From Malacoraja senta (lineage: Eukaryota), in NCBI GenBank assembly GCA_038087875.1, contig CM075996.1:4032001-4096000 (forward strand): a DNA stretch of 64,000 bases, written 5' to 3'. The translations under genes and the position numbers were made by a program. Shown here in pieces: positions 11,660 to 22,695 of the stretch (the first letter of the stretch is position 1; every line of letters starts with the position of its first letter). The notes beneath the pieces are model-generated. The model saw nothing but the letters and a program-made list of their open reading frames with translations. It searched no databases and was not told the origin of the DNA.

Positions 11660-12395
11660 CTAGACAATAGACAATAGACAATAGGTGCAGGAGTTGCCCA
11701 TTTGGCCCTTCGAGCCAGCACCGCCATTCAATGTGATCACGGCTGATCATCCCCAATCAGTACCCCGTTCCTGCCTTCTCCCCATATCCCCTGACTCCGC
11801 TATTTTTAAGAGCCCTATCTAGCTCTCTCTTGAAAGCATCCAGAGAACCGGCCTCCACCGCCCTCTGAGGCAGAGAATTCCACAGACTCACCACTCTCTG
11901 TGAGAAAAAGTGTTTCCTCGTCTCTGTTCTAAATGGCTTACTCCCTATTCTTAAACTGTGGCCCCTGGTTCTGGACTCCCCAACATCGGGAACATGTTTC
12001 CTGCCTCTAGCGTGTCCAAGCCTTAACACTCTTATATGTTTCAATGAGAACCCCTCTCATCCTTCTAAACTCCAGAATGTACAAGCCCCAGCCGCTCCAT
12101 TCTCTCAGCATATGACAGTCCCGCCATCCGGGAATTAACCTTGTAAACTACGCTGCACTCCCTCAATAGCAAGAATGTCCTTCCTCAAATTAGGGGACCA
12201 AAACTGCACACAATACTCCAGGTGTGGTCTCACTAGGGCTCTGTACAACTGCAGAAGGACCTCTTTGCTGCTATATTCGATTCCTCTTGTTATAAAGGCC
12301 AACATGCCATTGGCTTTCTTCACTGCCTGCTGTACCTGCATGCTTACTTTCATAGACTGATGTACAAGGACCCCCCTGATCCGTTGTACTTCCCC
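11660..12395 (-). mobile_element. CR1 LINE 3' fragment (frameshifted RT C-terminus)
   Basis: VQQAVKKANGMLAFI...LVRPHLEYCVQFWSP. Confidence 0.9.
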
Positions 12396-12749
12396 TTGCT
12401 TCAAGTCTACTCCACCAAGTTCTACTCCACCATTCAATCATGGCTGATCTATCTCTTCCTCCTAACCCCATTCCACAGCCAACATTGGACCATTGTGGGC
12501 TCCACCTTTCCTCCATCATCGTTGGACACTTTGTGTCCACATCTTTCATTCATGTGTTCCAAATCTCTCTATATCTCTCTACAGTTGCTCACTGTACCTC
12601 GGTACACGTGACAATAAACTAAACAGAATATATCTCTCGTTTCCCTTTCCCCTGACTCTCAGACTGAAGAGAGGTCTCGCCCCCAGAAACGTCACCAATT
12701 CATTTTTCTCCAGAGATGCTGCCTGACCCTCTGAGTTACGCCCCGGCTT

Positions 12750-13080
12750 CAATAGACAATAGACAATAGGTGCAGAGTAGGCCATTCGGCCCTTCGAGCC
12801 AGCACCGCCATTCAATGTGATCATGGCTGATCATCCCCAATCAGTACCCCGTTCCTGCCTTCTCCTCATATCCCCTGACTCCGCTATTTTTAAGAGCCCT
12901 ACCTAGATCTCTCTTGAAAGCATCCAGAGAACCTGCCTCCACCGCCCTCTGAGGCAGAGAATTCCACAGACTCACCACTCTCTGTGAGAACAAGTGTTTC
13001 CTCGTCTCCGTTCTAAATGGCTTACTCCTTATTCTTAAACTGTAGCCCCTGGTTCTGGACTCCCCCAACATCGGGAACAT
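12750..13080 (-). mobile_element. CR1 LINE 3' fragment
   Basis: Same young subfamily sequence and tail. Confidence 0.9.
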
Positions 13081-13629
13081 CGGGCTTACTCCTTATTCTT
13101 ATGTCTATCTTCGGTGTAAACCAGCATATTCGGTGTAAGCCAGTTATCTTCCTCACTCAATGAAAGGTACCGCAGCTCAGTTCCCTTCTGAACACTGCAG
13201 AACTCGATCCCTGCCTCCCTCAGTACAAAGTTTCCATTGGAAAGCTCTTGCGGTGGAAGTGAGCCAGGAACCATCGAGCCGGCAGCTGACATTCAATTTA
13301 CTTTTATTAACGGTTTGCAGGCACACAATAAATACGTTGGAGCGAAGAGGAATGTCCACACGGAAGATCAACGGCGGTGAAGTGCCAACCTGGCAACCAT
13401 CTGCGGCAATGGGCTCGCACATACTTGGTGGGCCCACTCTATGTGAGATGAGGAGCTAGTGTGAGAGGCCTGGGAGCTGCCGAAACATTTCTCCCCATCC
13501 AGAGAACCTAAATGGCTTACCATTATGGCCTAAATGGCTTACCAAATGGCTTTTCCATCGAACCATGCAGGTTCGAAGGAAAAGCCAAAGGTTGTAATGC
13601 AGAATTCAATATTATAATATTACAATTGT

Positions 13630-13947
13630 GGGCGGCACGGTGGCGCAGCGGTAGAGTTGCTGCCTCACAGCGCCAAGAGACCCGGGTTCGATCCTGACTA
13701 CGGGTGCTGGTCTGTACGGAGTTTGTACCTTCTCCCCGTCTATATCTCCGCGTGGGTTTTCACCAAGATCTCCGCTTTCCTCCCGCACTCCAAAGACGTA
13801 CAGGTTTGTAGGTACGGTAAATTGGGTTTGTTATCAATGTAAATTGTCCCTAATGTGTGTAGGATAGTGTGAGTGTGCGGGGATCGCTGGTCGGTGCAGA
13901 CTCGGTGGGCGGAAGGGCTGTTTCCGCGCTGTATGTCTAAACTAAAC
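13630..13947 (+). mobile_element. Full-length HE1-like (V-SINE) tRNA-derived SINE
   Basis: A box TGGCGCAGCGG (13641-13651), B box GGTTCGATCC (13685-13694), central domain GGAGTTTGTAC...CTCCAAAGAC, CR1-like tail and CTAAAC repeats. Confidence 0.9.
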
Positions 13948-14927
13948 ATAATCTCGAGGCGTTCCGACTCATCAATGCACTCGCGTCAGTGACTGATTTA
14001 GCCACTGACGAATATTTCCCAGTGGGCGAGCACAAAGCTCTCAAGCTGCAAGCACTTGTTGACAAAGGCCGAGCATACCACTCCATGGCATATGTGTCCC
14101 TCCATGCCAACTAGAGACTGCAGCTCAGATGGTCAAAGGGTCTGCTCTGCAGTGGCTTTCCCACTGGTTTATAATCAAGGTTCAGAAACAGGCCCTTCGG
14201 AGTCCGCGCCGACCCCGCACATTATCTCTATCCCACACACACTGTGGGACAATTTACCATTTTACTGAAGCCAATTCACCGGCAAACCTGTACGTCTTTG
14301 GAGTGTGGGAGGAAACCGGAGCGCCCGGAGAAACCCACGCGGGTCGCAGGGTGAACGTACAGACTCGGTACAGACACAGCACCACGTAGTCAGGATCTCT
14401 ACCGCTGCGCCACCGTGCCGCCCTAACGTCTCCAAGAGATTAAATTCCTACATTATCAGAGGATTCTGAATCAATCTCTCAGAGCCTCCAGGGTCCCAGT
14501 TGATCCTCAGTTCAGACTTTGGTCGGGGATATTCCTGGGGCTTTTGTCACCTGTTCTCTTGTGCCCCAGACCCTCAACATGTCCATCCATTGCCACGCCC
14601 CGCAGCTTCACGGATGGCCGGAATGCCAACACAAAAACGACGGATCAACTCTTGACCGGTTCATCAGCCATCCCACGCCTGTTACGCCTCGTCACAGATT
14701 GTTCAAAGAAAGGGTTGAAATATATTTCCTTGCGTCCAAGTTCACTGCTGCTCCCCGGGATTTAGTTCGTGGAGATTGTTTAGTAAAATCTCGGATGGCT
14801 GATTCCACCTTGGATATTGCCCAGTCCTGTTCTGATGGAGACGAGGGGAAAACAAGGCATTTTCACATCTAACTTCCACCTGGCCAAATAAAAGCGCTGA
14901 AGTCAACTCACTTTCTTCTTTCTGGTG

Positions 14928-15109
14928 GTGGACAAAAATGCTGGAGAAACTCAGCGGGCGAGGCAGCATCCATGGAGCGAAGGAGATAGGTCGAGACCCG
15001 AAACGTCGCCTATTTCCTTCGCTCCATAGATGCTGCTGCACCCGCTGAGTTTCTCCAGCATTTTTGTCTACCTTCGATTTTCCAGCATCTGCAGTTCCTC
15101 CTTAAACAA
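14928..15109 (+). mobile_element. Fold-back PLE terminal-repeat insertion with 15-bp TSD
   Basis: Inverted arms plus ~38-nt unpaired tail; TTCTTCTTTCTGGTG at 14913-14927 and 15110-15124. Confidence 0.85.
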
Positions 15110-15739
15110 TTCTTCTTTCTGGTGATCTTGCACAATGTGGAGGGTCAGTCATTCTTCCCAATTCCATCCATTCTGAGCGGAGGGCCTCCAACTTGTTGTC
15201 ACGTTGGGCGTTGGGTTAGAGGTCGGGTTGAGGGAGGTCCAAGCTGGGACTCTCTGGGATTCTGCTACTTTGAAACACGGAGCCAAAAAATTCACAATTG
15301 GTCCCAACACCGGCGTTGCTTTGATAATCAGTCCAGCTTGCAGCCTGCAGGGAGAGAGATAGTAGACGGATAGATGTTAGTTTCCATATTTCACTGTGAA
15401 AGCGGAGTAGGCCAATGTCAGTGTCTATGTCAGTGCCCAGACCAATCTTATTCCCGCACTAATACTCCCCGTTACTTCCTCCCATCTGGGCTGCACAGTG
15501 GTGCAGCGGGTAGAGCTACTTACTGCCTCACAGCGCCAGAGACCCGGGTTCGATCCTGACCACGGGTGCTTGTCTGTACGGTGTTTACACAGTCTCCCCG
15601 TGACCTGCGTGGGTTTTCTCAGGTTTGTAGGCTAATTGGCTTCGGTAAATGTAAAATTGTCCCCACCAGTGTGTTAGTGTGCGGGGATCACTGGTCGGAG
15701 CGGACCCGTTGGGCCGAAGGGCTTGTTTCCCCGCTGTAT

Positions 15740-16118
15740 AGAAACATAGAAAATAGGTGCAGGAGGAGGCCATTCGGCCCTTCGAGCCAGCACCGCCATT
15801 CATTGTGATCATGGCTGATCGTCCCCTATCAATAACCCGTGCCTGCCTTCTCCCCATATCCCTTGACTCCACTAGCCCTAGAGCTCTATCTAACTCTCTC
15901 TTAAATCCATCCAGTGACTTGGCCTCCACTGCCCTCTGTGGCAGGGAATTCCACAAATTCACAACTCTCTGGGTGAAAAAGTTTTTTTCTCACCTCAGTC
16001 TTAAATAACCTCCCCTTTATTCTAAGACTGTGTGTGGCCCCTGGTTCTGGACTCGCCCAACATTGGGAACATTTTTCCTGCATCTAGCTTGTCCAGTCCT
16101 TTTATAATTTTATATGTA
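15740..16118 (-). mobile_element. CR1 LINE 3' fragment
   Basis: NLWNSLPQRAVEAKSLDGFKRELDRAL; (TTTCTATG)-type tail. Confidence 0.88.
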
Positions 16119-16859
16119 TCTCTAAATTAAACTCAGCTCAGCGCCTGCAAACGCATAAAATGTCCCGGGTGCGAGATCAACCTCCAATCTGACTCCGAGC
16201 AACGTGATATTAAAGGAGGCAGCGCTTTCAGAGAGAGCCGAGAGGATTAGGGATGGAATTCCAGAAGTTAGGAAGCGATGACAGACAACGAAGAGATGTC
16301 GGCCTTCAAGGTCGCTCCAGACTCCGGGATTACTGGAGTACTGTTGGATGTTTGTGGCGCGGCGGCTCAGTGATGCAGCCCGCAGACCTGCTGCCTGGCA
16401 GCTCCAGTAACTTTGGTTCAAGCTGGACCTCTGGTGCTGCATGTGTGGAGTTCGCATGTTCTCCCAGCAGCTGCATGGGTTTCCTCCGAGTCCCCTGCCA
16501 TTCTTTCACGTCCCATCTACACGAGTTGGTAGATTAATTAGTTGCTGCAAGATGTCCTCAGTATGGGTGGGAGTGAGAATAGGATCATATATTCACACAG
16601 CGCATAAAGAGAGAGGCCTTTGGACTCATCATATTCACTCCTCCCATCAAGTAACTATCTACACATTTAATTTGGTTTAGTTTAATTTAGAGATTTCCTT
16701 CTTCTAAGAAGAACTCCGGTTTCCTCCTACACTCCAAAGACGTACAGGTTTGTAGGTTAATTGGCTTGGTATGAATGTAAAATTGTTCCTAGTGTGTGCA
16801 GGGTCGGTGCGGACTCGGTGGGCCGAAGGGCCCCTTTCCGCGCTGTATCTTTAAACTAA

Positions 16860-17030
16860 ACTGAAGAAGCTTTCACAGTCAACAAGCAACGTTGGAACTG
16901 CAGTCACTGCCGTAGTGTGAGGCATCCGGCAGCTAATGTAGACACAGCAAGATCCAACAAAACAGCCATGACACAAATGATCAACTATTGGCGAGGACAC
17001 TGGGAAGAAGTCGGCTTCAGTGTTAAGTTT
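16860..17030. mobile_element. Old SINE relic, possibly DeuSINE/SacSINE-like; related relic at ~39860-40060
   Basis: Shared degenerate core GCAGCTAAT...CACAG...ATGA...AACTATTGG...CACTGG at both loci; family name is from recall only. Confidence 0.4.
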
Positions 17031-17747
17031 GCACTCAAGGGCAGACAAAATGTCCCCAAGTGATGCGTCGGAAGGAACTGCAGATGCTGCTTTACGCCCA
17101 AGATAGGCGCACATTTCTGGGGTAGCTCAGCGGGACAGGCAGCATCTCTGGAGAGAAGGAAGAGGAGTCGAGACCCTTCTTCAGACTGTGAGTCAGGGGA
17201 GGGGGAGATACATAGGGATGTGTGTCCGGGTAAGGTGTGAAAACGATAGATCAAAGCAGACGATGCTCAAGGAAACCATCTGATCATCCTTAGTGGTAGA
17301 CAAAAATGCTGGAGAAACTCAGCGGGTGAGGCAGCATCTATGGAGCGAAGGAAATAGGCAGCGTTTCTGGCCGAACCTTGACCATCGTGTGCTTTGATCT
17401 GTCGTTTTCACACAGTATTCTTCCACATCTCTAATCTTCCTCTCCCGGACTCTCGATCTGAAGAAGGGTCTCGACCCGAAACGTCACCCATCCCTTCTCT
17501 CCGGAGATGCTGCCTGACCCGCTGAGTTACTCCAGCATTTTGTTTCAAACAAGATTGATGAAACTACAATTGATGATCCTTACATCAGCGCTGTTATCAT
17601 TTGTGATATCGGCAGAAGCTTGGGCGAGACAGATGAATGGCTCAATTGATAATTGATACATGATAATTGATGATTGATAAATTATAATTGATAATCCAGA
17701 GATGCTGCCTCTCCCGCTGAGTTTCTACAACATTTTGTGTCTATCTT

Positions 17748-18187
17748 AGACAATAGACAATAGGTGCAGGAGAAGGCCATTCGGCCCTTCGAGCCAGCAC
17801 CGCCATTCAATTTGATCGTGGCTGATCATCCCAATCAGTACCCCGTTCCTGCCTTCTCCCCATATCCCCTGACTCCGCTATTTTTAAGAGCCATATCTAG
17901 CTCTCACTTGAAAGCATCAAGAGAACCTGCCTCCACCGCCCTCTGAGGCAAAGAATTCCACAGACTCACCACTCTCTGTGAGAAAAAGTGTTTCCTCGTC
18001 TCCGTTCTAAATGGCTTACTCCTTATTCTTAAACTGTGGCCCCTGGTTCCGGACTCCCCCCAACATCGGGAACATGTTTCCTGCCTCTAGCGTGTCCAAC
18101 CCCTTAACAGTCTTATATGTTTCAATGAGATATCCTCTCATCCTCCTAAACTCCAGAGTGTACAAGCCCAGTCGCTCCATTCTCTCA
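17748..18187 (-). mobile_element. CR1 LINE 3' fragment running into the gap
   Basis: ERMERLGLYTLEFRRMRG... Confidence 0.9.
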
Positions 18188-18387
18188 NNNNNNNNNNNNN
18201 NNNNNNNNNNNNNNNNNNNNNNNNNNNNNNNNNNNNNNNNNNNNNNNNNNNNNNNNNNNNNNNNNNNNNNNNNNNNNNNNNNNNNNNNNNNNNNNNNNNN
18301 NNNNNNNNNNNNNNNNNNNNNNNNNNNNNNNNNNNNNNNNNNNNNNNNNNNNNNNNNNNNNNNNNNNNNNNNNNNNNNNNNNNNNNN
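18188..18387. other. Assembly gap (200 N)
   Basis: Run of N; round length suggests a scaffolding placeholder. Confidence 0.99.
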
Positions 18388-19045
18388 CCTGCTCATGTTT
18401 GGCCCATATCCCTCTAAACCCTAGATAGACACAAAATGCAGGGGTAACGGATGGCACGGCGGCGCAGCGGTAGAGTTGCTGCCTCACAGCGCCAGGCACC
18501 CGGGTTCGATCCTGACTACAGGTGCCGTCTGTATGGAGTTTGTACATTCTCCCCGTGACCACCTGGGTTTTCCCGGGGAGCTCCGGTTTCATCCCACACT
18601 CCAAAGGCGTACAGGTTCGTAGGTTACTTGGCTTGGTTAAATTGTAAATTGTCCTTAGTTGTGCGGGATCGCAGGTCGGCGCGGACTCGGTGGGCCGAAT
18701 GGCCTGTTTCCGCGCTGCATCTCTAAACTAAACTAAACCTAGCGGGCCAGGCAGCATCTCTGGAGAAAGGGAATGGGTGACGTTTCGGGTCGGAACCCTT
18801 CTTCAAACTCTGGGCCTGAAGAAGGGTCTCGACCCGAAACGTCACCCATTCCTTCTCGCCAGAGATGCTGCCTGTCCCGCTTAGTTACTCCAGCTTTTTG
18901 TGTCCAGGGAACCTGGAGACAAATATACAAGGAATGATCGGAAAACAGAGGAGCTATTTGGAAAGCTTCGAAGAGATCTGGTGCAGACACAAGAGACAAA
19001 GCCAACAGCGCACCAATTCCAGATCCTAGCCTTGGGAATAGCATC

Positions 19046-19460
19046 AATAGACAATAGACAATAGGTGCAGGAGTAGGCCATTTGGCACTTCGAGCCAGCA
19101 CCGCCATTCAATGTGATCATGGCTGATCATCCCCAATCAGTACCCCGTTCCTGCCTTCTCCTCATATCCCCTGCGCTATTTTTAAGAGCCCTATCCAGCT
19201 CTCTCTTGAAAGCATCCAGAGAACCTGCCTCCACCGCTCTCTGAGGCAGAGAATTCCACAGACTCACCACTCTCTGTGAGAAAAAGTGTTTCCTCGTCTC
19301 CGTTCTAAATGGCTTACTCCTTATTCTTAAACTGTGGCCCCTGGTTCTGGACTCCCCCAACATCGGGAACATGTTTCCTGCCTCTAGCGTGTCCAAGCCC
19401 TTAACAAACTTATATGTTTCAATGAGATGCCCCCTCATCCTTCCAAACTCCAGAGTGTAA
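19046..19460 (-). mobile_element. CR1 LINE 3' fragment
   Basis: ORF 19127-19438 is the CR1 C-terminus. Confidence 0.9.
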
Positions 19461-19855
19461 CCAAGTGTGACCAGGTGGCTCCCACAGCGCAGGAAGAAAG
19501 ATCAGCTCGTCATACCAGGCTGTCATTTTGTCACAGGTTGGACTCGTCTTAGGTGCCAGACCTGTCGCTGTTAGAATGGCAACGGTGGTTGAATTGGGCA
19601 GAAAGAATCCGCCGCCGCCCACCCATTGAACGGCCGGCCGGCCCAAGTGACGCAACTCCCAACTCTGCCCACTGTGATCTCTGCGTCATTTGGAGAACAA
19701 CCATCTGTGGCCGACCCCTGCAAATTAATTTGTCTGTGCTTTGCACAGCCTATACTTGGCTGGGATGTCGAACCTTCAGCTTTCTCCGCGGGTAGCAGTA
19801 TTACCACAGAGACAGAAGGTCAAGGGTTTGACTCCTTCTCCGAAGACTGGAACAT

Positions 19856-20266
19856 AATAGACAATAGACAATAGGTGCAGGAGTAGGCCATTTGGCCCTT
19901 CGAGCCAGCACCGCCATTCAATGTGATCATGGCTGATCATCCCCAATCAGTACCCCGTTCCTGCCTTCTCCCCATATCCCCTGACTCCGCTATTTTTAAG
20001 AGCCCTATCTAGCTCTCTCTTGAAAGCATCCAGAGAACCCGCCTCCACCGCCCTCTGAGGCAGAGAATTCCACAGACTCACCACTCTCTGTGAGAAAAAG
20101 TGTTTCCTCGTCTCCGGTCTAAATGGCTTACTCCTTATTCTTAAACTGTGGCCCCTGGTTCTGGATTCCCCCAACATCGGGAACGTGTTTCCTGCCTCTA
20201 GCGGGTCCAAACCCTTAATAATCTTATATGTTTCATTAAGATCCCCTCTCATCCGTCTAAACTCCA
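19856..20266 (-). mobile_element. CR1 LINE 3' fragment
   Basis: LEFRRMRGDLNETYKIIKG...EKAGTGY. Confidence 0.9.
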
Positions 20267-21499
20267 ATCCTTTGGCAGGGTGGCTCACCAACTTAGAACG
20301 GCCAGTCAGGTCCATGGGAGTTGAGATGGTTCTCGATTCCTAATGAAGAAGTGGTGATCGGCCCCATTTGTGCCCTATTGGTTTTTCTTAACCGGTTAAA
20401 CATTGAGAAACAATAATCAGAACAAAGAGAGGGATTTAGGAAACTGCACCAATGCTGACTGTAAAACGGATCAAGCAACATAATCTCCCATTATTGAACA
20501 TACTATAAAGCAACTATAGGGTCATACAGCAGGGAAACAGGCCCTTCGGCCCAACTTGTCCATGCCAACCAAGAGGCTCCACCCAACCTAGTCCCATTTG
20601 CCAATGTGTGGCCATTTTTCCTCTAAATCTTTCCTATGTATGTACCTGCCCATAGGTCTTGTTATTAGATGTTAACCAGATGCCACAATACACTTAGTAT
20701 CTTAATGTGACACGTCTTAGTCAGAGGGTGGTGGATCTGTGGAATTCACTGCTACAGAAGGCTGTGGAGGCCAAGTCAATGGATATTTTTTAAGGCAGAG
20801 ATAGATAGATTCTTGATTAGTGCGGGTGTCAGGTGTTGTGGAGAGAAGGCAGGAGAATGGGGTTAGGAGGGAGAGATAGATCAGCCATGATTGAATGGCA
20901 GAGTAGGCTTGACGGGCCGAATGGCCTAATTCTGCTCCTATCACATGAATTTATCTGAGGGATTCTGTGAAACAACATTTGATAGCACTCCACATAACAT
21001 GATGTTAAAACAGAGGTGGTCACAGATGTGGAAAGTGACGTAGAGACCTAAGGGTTTAGGGAGGGAATTCCCAACATTGTGGGATCAGGGATTCCCCAAC
21101 TTTAAACACTGGAGCACCAGATGCCTGAAAGGTGATCAGACGGTTGAGATTAAGATTACAATTGGCAAGACCAGGGAGGGATCTTAATGGGAGTTTATAA
21201 AATCTTGTTGCACTCATGGCTGCCACTGTGGCGATGTGAATAAATGGCTGATCGGTGAACAGGTACAGGAAAAGTTGGGATCCTTCCCTGATTGACTACA
21301 TCTGAAAGCCTGGTCCAATTACTCAGCGGCAAACAAAATAATACAGCATATCCAAAGGAAGGAATTTCAAATTGTATAGGCAAGGTTATCCAGCAGTGGT
21401 TGGGGGGGGGGGGGGGCAAGAGAAGGGTTGCTAAAATAGTCCTCGGGTCACATGGCATAGAAACAGACACTTTGGCCCATTGCAGCCAATTGTGGACAC

Positions 21500-21932
21500 A
21501 GCCCAGACTATCACACAAACCAACCTCCCTCCCATAGACTCCCTCCATTAAAACCTCACGCTGCCTCGGCAAGGCCAGCAGCATAATCAAGGGCGAGTCA
21601 CACCCCGGCCACTCCCTCTTCTCCCCTCTGGAAAAAGGTATAGAAGTGTGAAAACGCACACCTCCAGATTCAGGGACAGTTTCTTCCCAGCTTTTATCAG
21701 GCAACTGAATCATCCTACCACAACCAGAGAGCAGTGCTGAACTACTATCTATCTACCTCTTTGGTGACCTTCAGACTATCCTTGATCGGACTTTGCTGGC
21801 TTTACCTTGCACTAAATGCTATTCCCTTATCATGTACCTATTGTGGCTAGATTGTGGTCATGTACTGACTGGATAACAAGCAACAAACGTTTTTCGCTGT
21901 ACCTCAGTACACATGATGATAAACTAAACTGA
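21500..21932 (+). mobile_element. Rex1/Babar-type LINE 3' remnant
   Basis: ...RCLGKASSIIK..HPGHSLFSPL...RFRDSFFP; 3' motif CACTGTACCTCGGTACACGTGACAATAAA-like. Confidence 0.65.
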
Positions 21933-22354
21933 ATTAGTCCCAACCATCTGGCACCCGTCTGCCTATATTCTAGGGCCAATTTACAGTGGTCATTTAATCT
22001 ATTAACCTTTGGGGTGTGAGAGGAAATCCCACAGCAAGAAGGGCAGGGTGGCACAGCGGTAGAGTTGATGCCTTACAGCACCGGAGACCCGGGTTCGATC
22101 CTGCCTCCGAGTGCTGTCTGTACGGAGTTTGTACGCTCTCCGTCTGACCCCGTGGGTTTTCTCCGGGTGCTCCGTTTTCCTCCTTCAAAGATGTACAGGT
22201 TTGTAGGTTAGTTGGCAATGGTAAAAATTGTAAATTGTCTAGTGTGTGTAGGATAGCATACGGGGATGACTGGTCAATGAGCCTGTTTCCACGCTGTACC
22301 TTTAAACTAAAGCTTGTGCAGGAGTCAAGAGGCTTAATTTTGCAGAGCCAAGTA

Positions 22355-22695
22355 ACACTAGAGGCAGGAAACATGTTCCCGATGTTGGGGGAGTCCAGAA
22401 CCAGGGGCCACAGTTTAAGAATAAGGAGTAAGCCATTTTAGAACGGAGACAAGGAAACACTTTTTCTCACAGAGAGTGGTGAGTCTGTGGAATTCTCTGC
22501 CTCAGAGGGCGGTGGAGGCAGGTTCTCTGGATGCTTTCAAGAGAGAGCTAGATAGGGCTCTTAAAAATAGTGGAGTCAGGGGATATGGGGAGAAGGCAAG
22601 AACGGGGTACTGATTGGGGATGATCAGCCATGATCACATTGAATGGCGGTGCTGGCTCGAAGGGCCGAATGGCCTACTCCTGCACCTTTTGTCTA
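22355..22695 (+). mobile_element. CR1 LINE 3' fragment
   Basis: Young subfamily sequence. Confidence 0.9.

Noticed and set aside
13630..13700. tRNA-like sequence with A and B boxes
   Set aside because: Head of a multi-copy SINE followed by a central domain and LINE-like tail; not a tRNA gene
18011..18604. ORFs containing X runs
   Set aside because: Artefacts of translating through the 200-N gap
18905..19045. Short unique segment with open frames and a possible acceptor
   Set aside because: No convincing donor or recognisable homology; may be decayed LINE
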